Shown: positions 36,201 through 49,014 of the stretch, piece by piece
Layout of the letters: each line of letters starts with the position of its first letter
How positions within the stretch are numbered: position 1 is the stretch's first letter
Notes under the pieces: generated by a model
The model's database searches: none
Told to the model about the DNA's origin: nothing
Seen by the model: only the letters and a program-made list of their open reading frames with translations
Made by a program: the position numbers and the translations under genes
Source: Centroscyllium fabricii
Lineage: Eukaryota
Direction of reading: 5' to 3'
Length of the DNA: 64,000 nt
Assembly (NCBI GenBank): GCA_051313645.2
Contig: JBNRSN020000005.1
Span: forward strand, 303,800,001 to 303,864,000

Positions 36201-37496
36201 CGGTGGCGGATCGAACTCTCGACTTACGAGTACGACATTCTTTACCGACCGGGTAAACTCAATGAACCCCCAGACGCACTGTCCAGGGGAACGTGCGCCA
36301 GTGCCCAGCTGGACCAGCTGAAGGACCTCCACGAGCGCCTTTGCCACCCGGGTGTCACCAGACTTGCCCACTTTGTCAGATCCCGTAGCCTCCCCTACTC
36401 CATCACGGAGATCAAGGCTATGACCCGAGAGTGCCCTGTCTGCACCGAGTGCAAACCCCACTTTTTCCGGCCAGACACGGCGCACCTCATCAAGGCCACC
36501 CGCCCCTTTGAACGTCTCAGCGTGGACTTCAAAGGCCCCCTCCCCACCACCGACCGCAACTCATACTTCCTCACGGTCGTAGATGAGTGCTCCCGCTTCC
36601 CCTTCGCCTTCCCCTGCGCAGATATGACGAGCGCAACGGTGATAAAACACTTCACCACGCTGTTCGCCATTTTCGGTCTCCCCAGCTACATCCATAGCGA
36701 CCGGGGGTCATCGTTCATGAGCGATGAACTGCATCAGTTTCTGCTCCAGAAAGGGGTTGCCACGAGCAGGACGACCAGTTATAACCCCCGGGGGAACGGC
36801 CAGGTAGAAAGGGAGAATGGGATCATCTGGAAGGCGGTCACCCTGGCTCTGAAGTCCAGAGGCCTTCCAGTGGCCCATTGGCAGGCAGTCCTCCCAGACG
36901 CGCTGCACTCTATACGCTCTCTCCTATGTACGGCCACTAACGCCACTCCTCATGACCTGATTTTTGCTTTTCCCAGGAAATCGACTTCGGGGACAGCTCT
37001 TCCTCCATGGCTCACGACACCGGGGCCGGTCTTCCTTAGAAGACACGTCCGTGGCCACAAGACCGACCCCCTGGTGGACAAGGTGCAGCTCCTGCATGCG
37101 AACCCGCATTATGCATTCGTGCAGTTCCCGGACGGGCGTGAGGACACGGTATCTATCAGGGACCTGGCGCCCGCAGGAAGCACCACAGCAGAGCCCCTGG
37201 TCGGCCAGCAGGCTGCTCAGCCACAGTACCCAGAACACTCACTACACCTACGATGGCCTCCGAGTTTTCCAGAGCCCCAGCAGTGGCCAGCCCAGGACCA
37301 CCACTCGGATGGCTCGGACCAGCTGGGTCCATCACCACCAGAAACCATGGCACCAGAGCCACTGTCACTACCGGCGGACTCAAGTGGCACGGACCAGGAA
37401 GGACCACCACCGGAACTCCGGCGGTCCTCCAGGCGGACACGACCGCCGGATAGACTAATATTGAACTGCTCGGTCCATTCACCCCCCCGGACTTAA
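33269..37496 (+). pseudogene. gag-pol of element A, one +1 frameshift in C8 run 34937-34944
   Basis: Two CCHC knuckles, PR LFDTGS, RT YLDN, RNase H SDAS, IN H..CHPG..CPVC and DDE; removing one C restores colinearity with element B. Confidence 0.9.
34170..34520 (+). repeat. 45-nt coding tandem repeat (about 8 units) in the Gag-PR linker
   Basis: AACEPRAPPTQPPRS-like x5, then TMCEPGAPPFCLQGP-like x3. Confidence 0.9.
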
Positions 37497-38593
37497 AATT
37501 TTCAAGAAGGGGTGAATGTGGTAACCCATATTGTATGATATACCACAGTATTCTTGTAACCAATAATTGGCTGTGTATATGTGATACACAGCCCTGTAAC
37601 ACTGTTGTAACACTGTTGGGAGCCAGGTCAGCCACACCTCTAACTCCTCCCCCAGGTGAGGCCTTTATAGGTGGAGACTGGCTGAGGCTCCCTCATTCCT
37701 GTTCAGATGTTCGTTCGGAGGGTAGCTCCTATGTAAGCGATTAAAAGCCTATAGTTACGGTAACTACTCGTCGAGTCTTTTAATCTAAAGATATTGACGA
37801 TACGTCAGCATCCATGGCTAACATTCCGATCAGTAGGAAGTTAAAATTGCCCCGGTATCCTATCTAAGTGATAGTTCTCTGATTTGCATTTTTTATGAGG
37901 TTCCCAACTGAGTCAAGTGGTTTCTCAACTTCCCAAGTACACAGCAGCATTAAGGTGGCTGTGTGGTGGAAAACGAGCGGTAAGTGCTTGGATTTCAACT
38001 TTTGTTCTGCCCAGTTTCTGCCAGGTGGAGGGAGTTAAATTTCCCCCGAATGTGTCAGAAGTAATTGTTTGCTGCAGCACTTCTGACAGCAGCACCCCTT
38101 AATCAGTAACGCAATAGTAAAGTCTAATGCTGTGCATTTACGATAATGCTTTAGCATAATTCTTAGCCAATCTGAATTCCCTTTTGTGAATATCCATATA
38201 CTCACCCATCAGCGTGTACAGTACCATGAAACTGAGGATAGGCTGTACTCAAAAGCCACCACAATGAATCCATTTAAACAAGTATCTGTTAAATGAATAG
38301 CTCCCTTGAATGAATAATATCTTATTGCACAAATCATTTTTAAGGACTCCTAACATTTTCCAGATCATCTCAATGAATTTAAATGAATCCAAATGTTATC
38401 ATCTGCAGCTGAAAGCTGCACTGGCATAAGCATGTGAAATGATAGAGGTACAATTAATTAATTGCAGCAGGTTCATTAACATAAACTGGCTAAACAGCAT
38501 CACCTTGACAGGAAAATTTCACAATTACGATACCTGAACAGGCTGTTTGGCTCAACCAAGCTGTGTTGGTGTTTATCCTCCACACGAGCAAAA

Positions 38594-39560
38594 GAACATA
38601 GGATCAGGAAAAGGCCCTTCAGCCCCTCCAGCCTGTTCCGCCGTTCAATTAGATCGCGGTTCATCTGTATCTTAACTCTATTTACCTGCCTTGGTTCCAT
38701 AAAGCTTAAAACCCTTATCTAACAAAAATCTATCAATCTCAGTTTTGAAATTTTCAATTGACCCCCAGCCTCAACGGCTTTTTGGGGGGGGGAAGAGAGT
38801 TCCAGATTTCCACTACCTTTTGTGTGTAGAAGTGCTTCCTGACATCATCCTTGAACGGCCGAGCTCTAATTTTAAGGTTAAGTGTCATAGGTTGGCTCTT
38901 CCCCTTTAACTGGTTATCACCTCGTTAGCTCTACTGCCCGCACCTGATTGAACAGCCCAGAGTCACCAGTGATAATCAGGAGCTGTATATAAGCCCCTGC
39001 TTTCTACCTAGTGGTTGCCAGATTGTTTGTGCTTTCTGACTGAGATAACCTGTGTTTTGTTCTAAGCTCTCTGATCCTGCCTGTTCGAGATACTGACCTG
39101 CTTTCTGGAATTTGGATTCTCTTCTGCCTGACCTCGTTTGGATTTGTCGCTCTCGTGGACTGACTACCCGGTATTGATCTGTTTTTGGTATTTGGATTCT
39201 CTTCTGCCTGACCTCTGTTTTGGACTTGTTGCCTCCGTGAACTTTTTGCCTATATATCGACCCACTGTTACCTGTGTCTTCTACTGCTCAGAAATAAAGT
39301 AGTTTACTTCTACGTATGCTGTTTCGGTGCATTGCATTTGGGCCCAACCTACACCCGTTACAGTTAAGCTCCCTTGTTTTGGACTCCCTAACCAGAGGAA
39401 ATACTTTATCTGTATCTGTCTACCCTAGCAAATATTTTAATCGGCTTATAAACACTTCCATTAGATCACCCCTTAATCTTCTATACTCAGTAGAATACAA
39501 GCCTAGTCTATTCAATATGTCCTCATAATTTAACCCTTTGAGCCCTGGTATCATTTGATA
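38594..39560 (-). mobile_element. CR1 3' end interrupted by a solo LTR
   Basis: Reverse-strand CR1 tail (gaacatagg..ggcccttcagcccctccagcctgttccgcc) and ORF2 C-terminus. Confidence 0.75.
38883..39362 (+). mobile_element. Solo LTR with 6-bp TSD
   Basis: TGTCATAGG...CCCGTTACA, TSD GTTAAG, TATATAA and AATAAA, internal short duplication. Confidence 0.8.
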
Positions 39561-39744
39561 TCCCTAATCACATAAAACGCGCCTGACTATGGGAGTGAAA
39601 TTCATCCTATTAATTATTGTAGAACAAAATTGGCGTTAAATACATTAATCCTGACTTTCTTGCTCAAGTTATCAACAGGAGAAATTTCAGCCCCTTAATG
39701 AACATGAACACTTATCAAAAAAATTCTGTACATGCTATGAACAT

Positions 39745-42700
39745 AGGAAAGAAGACAGACAGGAAAAGACCTACTGATATGTGAAGAGAAAAAGATTAGT
39801 GAAATCAACTCTAGGTCCCTTGCAGTCAGAAGCAGGGTAAGTTATAATAGGGAACAAAGAAATGGCAGACCAATTAAATGCATATTTAGGTTCTGTCTTC
39901 ACAAAGGAGGACACAAATAACCTCCCAGAGATGTTGGAGAGCATAGGGTCTGATGAAAGGGAGAAACTGAAAGAAATCAGTATTTGTAGGGAAATAGTGT
40001 TAGGGAAATTGACGGGATTAAAGGCCGATAAATCCCCAGGGCCAGATAATCTACATCCTAGGGTGCTTAAGGAAGTGGCCCTAGAAATAATAGATACATT
40101 ACTGATCATCTTTAAACATTCGCTGGAATCTGGAACTGTACCCATGGATTGGAGGATAGCTAATGTTACTCCACTATTCAAAAAGGGTGGTAAAGAGAAA
40201 GCGGGGAATTACAGACTGGCAAGCTTGACATTTAGGGGTGAACTGAAGAACTCGACACAAACTAAGGTCAGACTTTTTTTGTACATTATTTCCTGTGAAT
40301 TTGTGAGGGGATGGCAAAGAAAACAGGAAAATGCTCCTCCTGCAACATGCTTCAGCAGGGGGGTGCAAAGTGGAGCCAGGCTGGATTCACCTGTGAAAAG
40401 TGCATCCAGCTACAGCTCCTTAAAGCCAGAGTAAAGGAGCTGGAACGGAACCTGGAGGAACTCAGGGTCCTGAGGGAGGCAGAGCAGGTCCATGATGGGG
40501 AAATGGAAAGGAACCTGGAGGAACTTAAAATCCTTAAGGAGGCAGAGGAAGACACAAAGCTACCCGGGGGGACTGTAGATACACCCGTGCAGAATGGCAG
40601 TTGGGAGTCGGCAAAAAGGAAGGGGAGGAGGGGGGCGGCAGGGTCGGGTCCCTCAGTGGACATTTCCCTCGACAACAGGTATTCAGCCCTGAATGATGAA
40701 GATGGGGGAGAACTAACAGGGGGAGACCGAGGGGACGGGAACTCTGTTACCAGGCCGGAAGAGGCGGTACAGAAAGAAGGGGGGGGAAGGCAGAGAGCCA
40801 TAGTTATTGGCGACTCAATGGTGAGAGGGATGGATAGGAGATTTTGCGGGAGCAGAAGGGACTCGAGGATGGTCTGTTGCTTCCCAGGTGCCAGGGTCCA
40901 AGACATTTCGGACTGTGTTGACAGCACTCTAAAAAGGGAGAGTAAACAAATGCAAGTCATGGTACACATAGGTACGAACGACATAGGGAGGAAAAAGGAA
41001 GAAGACATCAAACGGGAATTTAGGGAACTAGGAAGGAAACTGAGAGACAAAACTAATAATGCCACAATTTCTGGGATCCTACCAGTGCCATGAGATAGGG
41101 AGTGGAAAAACAAAAAGAGAATGCAAATAAACGCGTGGCTACAGGGTTGGTGCAGAAGGGAGGGCATAAGTATCGTGGACAATTGGGGCTCTTTCTGGGG
41201 AAGGTGGGATCTGTATAAGAGGGACGGCTTGCACCTGAACCAAAGGGGCACCAACATTCTGGGTGGGAAACTCGCTTTGGCCATAAAGGGGGATTTAAAC
41301 TAAGTGGCCAGGGGGATGGGGAAACGGGCAGGGAAACAGAGGGGAGACCAGAGAACAACGAGGAACAGGGGGGAGAACCAAGGATGCAGGGAAGTGACAG
41401 GGGACTGAAATGCGCCTACTTCAATGCAAGAAGTATACGAAACAAGGTAGGAGAGCTAGGGGCATGGATGGCGACATGGGACTTCGATGTGGTGGCCATT
41501 ACAGAGACATGGTTGGAGCAGGGGCAGGATTGGATGCTTGGGGTTCAGGGCTACAGAAGCTTCTGTAGGAGCAGGGAGGGAGGAAAACGCGGTGGGGGAG
41601 TAGCACTGCTGGTCAAGGACAGCGTGACAGCTACAGAAAAACACTTTGAGGGACACACACGAATGGAGGTAGTATGGGCGGAGCTTAGAAATAGGAAAGG
41701 GGCGGTAACGTTAGTGGGAGTCTTTTATAGACCACCAAATAGTAACAGGGAGGTGGAGGAGGAAATTGTGCGACAAATAATGGATGGATGTGGGGGACAT
41801 AGGGTAGTTATCATGGGAGATTTCAATTTCCCTAATATAGACTGGAATCTAGGTAGGTCAAATAGTGCAGATGGAGAGATTTTCATGCAATGTGTGCAGG
41901 AAGGTTTCCTGACACAATACGTGGAGGAACCAACAAGGGGTGGGGCAACGTTGGACCTGGTTCTGGGAAATGAACCAGGCCAAGTGGTAGAACTGGGGGT
42001 AAGGGAGCACTTTGGGGACAGTGACCACAACTCGGTGACGTTCACAATAGTAATGGAGAAGGATAGGAGCATGAGGCAGGGTAAGGTATACAGCTGGGGG
42101 AGGGGAAATTACGACAGGGTTAGGCAGGATTTAGCTAACCTCGATTGGGAACGGGAACTTGCTGGGAGGGGAACGGAAGAAAAATGGAGAGTGTTCAGGG
42201 AGCAAATTATGAAAGCCCTGGATAAGCATGTCCCGAGTAGGATGGGAAACAAAGGAAAGATGAGAGAACCGTGGATCACGAAGGAGGTAGAACATTTAGT
42301 AAAGAAGAAGAAGGAGGCATATGATAGAATGAGAAAGCAGTGTACAGCATGGGCGGGAAAGGAGTACAAAGAAGCAAGGAAAGAACTGAAGAATGGGCTA
42401 AGGAAGGCAAAGGGAGGGCATGAGAAGGCATTAGCGGGAAGGATAAAGGAGAACCCTAAGGCTTTCTATGCTTACGTAAGAAATAAAAAGGATGACTAGG
42501 ATAAGAGTAGGGCCGATCAAAGACGGCAAGGAAGAAATGTGCACGGAGCCAGAGGAAATTGGGGAAGCACTAAATGAATATTTTGCGTCCGTGTTCACAA
42601 GGGAGAGGGAACTAAAAGTAGAGGAGGAGTGCAAGATACAAGGGGAAAGGATGGGGGAAGTTAATATTCAGAGGGAGGAGGTATTAGATATTTTGGAGAA

Positions 42701-45650
42701 ACTGAAGGTAGACAAATCTCCTGGGCCGGACGGGATATATCCAAGGATTCTCTGGGAAGCGAGGAACGAAATCGCAGAGCCACTGACCTCTATCTTTAGC
42801 TCCTCGCTATCCTCGGGGATAGTCCCTGAGGACTGGAGAGAGGCGAATGTGGTTCCCATATTTAAAAAGGGGAGCAGGGACGTGCCAGGGAACTACAGAC
42901 CAGTCAGCCTTACCTCGGTGGTCGGAAAGGTGATGGAAAGGGTCGTGAGGGACAGGATCTACGACCATCTAGAAAGGGGCAAATTAATCAGGAGCAGTCA
43001 GCACGGATTTGTTAAGGGCAAATCGTGCCTGACCAACCTGATAGAATTCTTTGAAGAGGTGACCAAGTGTGTGGACGAGGGAAAGGCGGTTGATGTCATA
43101 TATATGGACTTCAGCAAGGCGTTCGACAAGGTCCCGCACGGTCGACTCATGAAGAAAGTAAGGAGTTGCGGGGTAAACAACGAAGTGGTGGGATGGATTG
43201 AGAACTGGCTGGCTCAGAGGAAGCAGAGGGTAGTGGTAGAGGGCCAATACTCGGGTTGGAGACCGGTCACCAGTGGGGTACCACAGGGGTCGGTGTTGCG
43301 GCCACTACTATTTGTAATCTTTATCAATGACTTGGAGGAGGGGACTGAGGGGTGGGTCAGCAAATTTGCAGATGACACAAAGATTGGGGGGGTAGTGGAT
43401 GAGGAGGAAGGAAGTAGAAAGATTCAGAGGGATATAGATAGGATGCAGAGCTGGGCTGAAGAATGGCAAATGGAGTTCAACACGGGGAAATGCGAGGTGA
43501 TGCACTTCGGTAGGGCAAATAGGAAGAGGGAATATAGGGTCAATGGCAGGGTCCTGAGCGAAGCAGAAGAGCAAAGGGATCTGGGAGTATATGTACACAG
43601 ATCATTGAAGGCTGCCACCCAGGTGGACAAGGCAGTAAAAAAGGCCTATGGTGTATTGGCCTTCATCAACAGGGGAATAGAGTTTAAGAACCGGGAGGTC
43701 ATGCTACAGCTGTACAGGTCACTGGTGAGACCACACTTGGAGTACTGTGTGCAGTTCTGGGCACCGTACTACAGGAGGGATGTGGAGGCGTTGGAGAGGG
43801 TGCAGAGGAGATTCACCAGGATGCTGCCGGGAATGGGGGGAAAGTCGTACGAGGAGAGGTTGAGGGAGCTGGGACTCTTCTCCCTGGAACGGAGAAGGAA
43901 GAGGGGGGACTTAATAGAGATGTTTAAAATGATGAAGGGGATCGATAGAGTAAACGTGCAGAGACTGTTTCCCCGGGTGGGAAGAACGACAACAAGAGGG
44001 CACGAGCACAAGATTCAAGGAGGAAGATTCAGAAGGGATGGCAGGGGCAAGTTCTTTGCACAGAGAGTGGTCGGGGAATGGAATAGGCTACCATCTGAAA
44101 TAGTGGATGTGGACAGTCTGGGTGCTTTTAAAAGGATGATAGATAGGTACATGGAGGGGAAGGAAGAGTAGGGGGGACAGGAAAAATCAGAGACGGACTA
44201 AGCGCGGCACTACATTGAGGGCCCAAGGGCCTGTACAGTGCTGTATGTTCTATGTTCTATGTTCTATTGGTAGTGGGGAAAATGCTAGAGTCCATTATAA
44301 ACGGTGTAATAGCTGAACACTTGGAAAACAGTGACAGGATCGGACAAAGTCAACATTGATTTACTGAAGGTAAATCGTGCTTGACTAATCTACTGGAGTT
44401 TTTTGAGGATGTAACTGGGAAAATAGATAAGGGAGAACCAGTAGATGTGATATATTTGGACTTTCAAAAGACTTTCGATAAGGTCCCGCATAAGAGATTG
44501 GCGTGTAAAGCTAAGGCACATGGGATTGGGGGCAAGGTATTGACTTGGATAGAGAACTGGTTGGCGGACAGAAAGCAGAGAGGAGGAATTAACAGGTCTT
44601 TTTCCGAATGGCAGGCAGTGACTAGTGGGGTACCGCAGGGATCGGTCCTTGGACCCCAGCTATTCACAATGTACATTAATCATCTAGATAAGGGAACTAG
44701 ATGTAATATCTCCAAGTTTGCAGATGACACAAAGCTGGGTGGTTGTGTGTGCTGTGAGGAGGATACCGAGAAACTCCAGAATGATTTGGACAGGTTGGAT
44801 GATTGGGCAGAAGCGTGGCAGATGCAATATAACGTGGATAAATGCGGGGTTATCCACTTTGGTGTCAAAAACAGAAAGGCAAACCATTATCTGAATGGAA
44901 ATAGATTGGGAGACGGGGAAGTGCAACGAGATCTGGGTGTTCTTGTGCACCAGTCGTTGAAGGTAAGCATGCAGGTGCAGCAGGCGGTGAAGAAGGCAAA
45001 TGGTATGTTGACCTTCATAGCGAAAGGGTTTGAGTACAGGAACAAGGATGTCCTGCTGCAGTTGTACAGGGCCTTGGTGAGACCACACCTTGAGTATTGT
45101 GTGCAGTTTTGGTCGCCTTATCTGAGGAAAGATGTTCTTGCCATGGAAGGAGTTCAGCGAAGGTTCACAAGGCTGATACCTGGGATAGCAGGAATGACAT
45201 ATGAGGAGAGATTGGGTCGATTAGGCTTATACTCGCTGGAGTTTAGAAGAATGAGAGGGGATCTCATCAAAACTTATAAAATTCTGACAGGCCTGGACAA
45301 ACTAGATGCAGGAAGAATGTTCCCGATGATTGAAGAGTCCAGAACCAGGGGGCACAGTCTAAGGATAAGGGGTAGGCCATTCAGGACAGAGATGAGGAAG
45401 AATTTCTTCACCGAGAGAGTGGTGAACCTGTGGAATGCTCTACCACAGAATCTAGTTGAGGCCAAGTCATTAAATGTATTCAAGAAGGAGTTAGATATAG
45501 TTGTTAGGGCTAAAGGTATCAAGGGATATGGGGAGAAGGCAGGTACGGGGTACTGAGTTTGGATGATCAGCCATGATCTCATCGAATGGCGGAGCAGGCT
45601 CGAGAGGCCGAATGGCCTACTCCTGCTACTACTTTCTATGTTTCTATGTT
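39745..45650 (+). mobile_element. Older CR1 ORF2 and tail, split by a nested CR1
   Basis: agcttgaca|...|ttggtagtggggaaaatg rejoin as SLT.VVGKM; RT ORF 44381-45556; tail ttctatgtttctatg. Confidence 0.92.
40231..44266 (+). mobile_element. Near full-length CR1 LINE (ORF1 + ORF2) nested in the older CR1
   Basis: ORF1 40311-41303 (CxxC/CxxC, coiled coil, SGNH esterase IVIGDSMVRG; one stop at 41091-41093); ORF2 41384-44171 (APE NARS, ITETW, GDFN, SDH; RT FADD; one frameshift near 42490); (tatgttc)n tail. Confidence 0.95.
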
Positions 45651-45704
45651 TACTGGTGCATCCAGTCTGCCCCATACAGGAGAATGACTTGGTTAAATGC
45701 CTAC

Positions 45705-45808
45705 TTTTGGAGGCTGGTTCACAAAGCTCATTGTAAAATCCACAGTCAGGACGGTCTTTAACAGGAAATCCATCAGCCCATGAAATGTAAGCAAATTCTT
45801 CAGTTGGG
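45705..45808 (-). CDS. GUCY2G: Receptor guanylyl cyclase exon (PTEEFAYISWADGFPVKDRPDCGFYNELCEPASK)
   Basis: gcAG|C...A|GTAGGC; 104 nt, phase 2/1; juxtamembrane D.P.CGF...C cysteine pair. Confidence 0.92.
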
Positions 45809-46132
45809 CTGCAAAAATGGGAAAGAAAAAATCGTCATTCTACGACTCATTTTGTGCACATTTTCTAAGACTAAATACTGTTTTGTGACAAGGAAAAATC
45901 CCTGTCTTGTAGTATACATTTTATCCAATATTCTAGCTTTTGTGGGGGCGATCTCTTCTGTACATCATGTGTAATAGGATTGCATGTTCTTTATAAATAT
46001 GTTCATGTTTTTGCTATACATAGAGCACAGGCAATATCTCCCCCATTTGATAACTCATTGTTACTTATGAAACATTAAAATTGCAGTACAATTTAACAGA
46101 TTTGTAATTTTTTTAAATGACTGAACAAGGTA

Positions 46133-46451
46133 CAGGTCCGGCACCGTTAATCTGGACACCGTTAATCCGGAAACTTCAGTCATCTGGCACGAATTCGGCC
46201 TCTCCCCGACTGGTCAGCGCATGTGCAAAATGGCCACCTCGCTTGGCTGCGCATGCCCGGGCCTCTCCCCGACTCCTGTTGACTTAGTCTGAATGATTGA
46301 TTCTTCGGCGAGCGCATGCGCAGACCATTCAAAATGGCCGCCGGCTTGCACAGCGGCCATTTTGAATGGTCTGCGCATGCGCTCGCCGAAGCTTCAGTCA
46401 TTCGGATATTTCACTGGTCCCGACAGTGCCAGATTAACGGTGTCGGACCTG
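46133..46451. mobile_element. Tigger/pogo-type MITE
   Basis: TA|CAGGTCCGGCACCGTTAATCTGG...CCAGATTAACGGTGTCGGACCTG|TA. Confidence 0.8.
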
Positions 46452-46756
46452 TAGTGGGCTCTGACTGGGCAAATCATTGTAATTTAAAGGAAAAAATTTT
46501 ACATGAGAAAGTGCTGATCAAATATTTACATTATTATATTGAAACACATCATCATATCATTTGAAGGTGATATTTTTGTGACCAGAATGATGTACAGCTC
46601 GGTGTTTCTCTTTACCCCAAATAGAAAATAAATTTGACAAACACTTTTTCGTGAGCCTTCTGAGGAAAGAGACTTTCATCCCTTCAGGTCCTATACATGA
46701 AAGAATACAAAGTTCCGCATTATTCAATTAGCCTTGGAGCCTTCCTGTGTGTGCAG

Positions 46757-47483
46757 GGCTCCAAGTTACACTTACCCTGCACTTTTGCCGCTTTGAAATT
46801 CTATGATGTGAACTCCCGAGTTGTACAGCTGCTGAAAGTTCTTTTGCGACCTGCTGGTGCAACTCAACGGCGCAATTAGTGGGAGATATTGCACGAGACC
46901 ACGTGATCGGCAGGGAGCCAATCAATGGAAGCAATCCTCCATTCAAAACTTACACGGAGAAATCTGTGTAAGTTTTGAAAAGGAAGAGCTTCAAAAACAC
47001 ATCTAAACACAAAAATAAAATTTAAAAAACACCACATATTTTTAACAATACTCTAACTAACATAAATTACCTATTTTAAAGAAAAAATAAAAATTTAGAA
47101 AAAAAATTTTACGTCTTCAACTGGCCTAAAAGAATACTTACCTGTCTTTAAAGTTTAAAAAAATTAAAAACCTGTAAAAACAATACTTAAATTCTATAAA
47201 ATAAAGACTTACCTGCTAAAAACGGGTGCTTATGTCTGATATTTTTAAGTGTAAAATCTTCAATACTTACCCCGATATAAAACTCGCAAAAAAATCGGAA
47301 GTGCACTGCGCACCTCATGGTGCACAGGCAAACGCGATCCAGATCGCAGCAGCTCTCGACCCCCCGCTGGCCGCCTTCGGAAATGCAGGTAGCAGCTGGA
47401 AACGGCTGCTCCCTGCAATTCGGAGCTCGGGTGCCCGAACACCTGGCTCAAAAACCTCCTGCACTCATCGGGAGTTCTGGCCC
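46757..47483. mobile_element. Probable Harbinger-type MITE with AT-rich centre
   Basis: GGGCTCCAAGTT...GAGTTCTGGCCC termini; GC-rich arms. Confidence 0.5.
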
Positions 47484-47507
47484 ATTAAGCTACTCAGCAG
47501 AACCTAC

Positions 47508-47643
47508 CTTACTGATTTTTTGTAGCTCTCGTATTGAAGAACAGGAACAAACTTTGTGATGTTCCCATACGATTGCAGGCCATACACAGAATAATCGATA
47601 TACCTTTTTCCAGAGCTATCAATATCCACCAAGCCAGTTACAC
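47508..47643 (-). CDS. GUCY2G: Receptor guanylyl cyclase exon (GVTGLVDIDSSGKRYIDYSVYGLQ...YKKSV)
   Basis: atAG|GT...AAG|GTAGGT; 136 nt, phase 1/2; G.TG.V..D..G.R..DY motif. Confidence 0.92.
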
Positions 47644-47900
47644 CTATTAAAATAAAGAGTAGGATTTATGCTCTCAATTTCAATACAGTTTCTAGTATTA
47701 CAAGAGGGTAAAAGGATTTTTGTTCTCTTCACATGGACTTCTTGTCCTTTACTTCCCAAAAAGGTTACAATCTCCAATACACTTTTGATATCCTTATTAT
47801 AATCAAAAGCAGTCAAACATTAGTTTCTGTGAATTTGGCCAGATTTGGAAGCAGGATTACTGACATGAATGCTATTAAATGATTACTCATTACCTCATTA

Positions 47901-48780
47901 CAGGTTGAGCACCGGTAATCCGGCACCCGATGGCCCGGCAGCTTCAGTGGTCTGGCACGATTGCAAACCGGCGCTCTTCATTTTGCGGAGCAGCCGCTCG
48001 GCGGCGCCACCCCTTCCTGGGAAGGGTGAGCGAGCGCCGAAGGTGTCGGGCGTTTGGGTTTCTGATTTTTAGGTTTTGTAGGTGTTCTATCCCCAGGCTC
48101 CCTCCCGGGGATTGTTCTACTGTGCGCTCCGGGCCCCAGGGAGTGTTCTACCACGCGCTCTGGGCCCCGGGGAGTGTTCTACCCACGCGCTCCGGGCCCC
48201 GGTGAGTGTTCTACTCGCGCGCTCCGGGCCCCAGGGAGTGTTCTACCCATGCGCTCCGGGCCCCGCGGAGTGTTCTACCCACGCGATCCAGGCCTCGCGG
48301 AGTGTTCTACCTGCGCGCTCCGGGCCCCGGGGAGTGTTCTACCCGCGCGCTACGAACCCCGGGGAGTGTTCTACTCGTGCGCTCCGGGCCCCGGGGAGTG
48401 TTCTACCGGCGCGCTCCGAACCCCGGGGCGTGTTCTACCGTGCGCTCTGGGCCCCGGGGAGTATTCTACCGTGCGCTCCGGGCCCCGGGGACTGTTCTAC
48501 CACGCGCTCCGGGCCCCGGGGAGTGTTCTGCCGTGCGCTCTGGGCCCCGGGGAGTATTCTACCGTGCGCTCCGGGCCCCGGGGAGTGTTCTACCACGCGC
48601 TCCGGGCCCCGGGGAGTGTTCTGCCGTGCGCTCTGGGCCTCTGGGAGTGTTCTACCGCGCGCTGCGGGCCCTGGGGAGTGTTCTACCGCGCGCTCCACCC
48701 AAACTTTCAGTGGTTCAAAATTTTCAGTGGTCCGACACCGGCCTGGTCCCGAGGGTGCCGGATTACCAGTGCTCAACCTG
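47901..48780. mobile_element. Tigger/pogo-type MITE carrying a minisatellite
   Basis: TA|CAGGTTGAGCACCGGTAATCCGGCACC...GGTGCCGGATTACCAGTGCTCAACCTG|TA. Confidence 0.85.
48082..48695. repeat. GC-rich minisatellite, 31-32 nt unit, about 19-20 copies
   Basis: Unit gggagtgttctacc(g/a)(t/c)gcgctccgggccccg. Confidence 0.92.
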
Positions 48781-49014
48781 TATTAGATGGACCTGTGGTG
48801 GAGAGGTTGAACTGACTATGTTAACTATTACTCCTTCCCCCAGTGCAGAGTGTCCCACAATAGCTAAGTACTCCATTGTTCATTCCCATTGAGTACTGCT
48901 CTGTTAAAGGCCCATTCATAAATTAGATATTGGGCCAGAAATTAGGCTGTGCCGGTTGGTGCGGGAGCAAGGACCCTGCGGACACCTATTGCACCGCACC
49001 AACATCGCACAGTT

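Larger units (their letters stand above)
32943..37807 (+). mobile_element. Full-length Gypsy element A, no tRNA PBS (self-complementary PBS)
   Basis: LTRs 32943-33244 and 37517-37807, identical except one 11-mer unit; TSD GCATC; PPT AAGAAGGGGTGAA. Confidence 0.95.
32545..37853. mobile_element. Harbinger-type MITE interrupted by Gypsy element A
   Basis: GGCGGAATTTTAACTTCC ... GGAAGTTAAAATTGCCCC inverted termini. Confidence 0.65.

Noticed and set aside
38200-38290. Exon-like segment with GTGAGT donor on the minus strand
   Set aside because: Stops in the frames examined; exons 45705 and 32389 join without it.
47512-47513. Alternative donor TCA|GTAAGG
   Set aside because: Gives the wrong phase for the next exon; AAG|GTAGGT at 47507 keeps the frame.
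48082-48892. Three overlapping 213-234 aa ORFs / CRISPR-like array
   Set aside because: Stop-poor minisatellite with no unique spacers, in a eukaryotic context.
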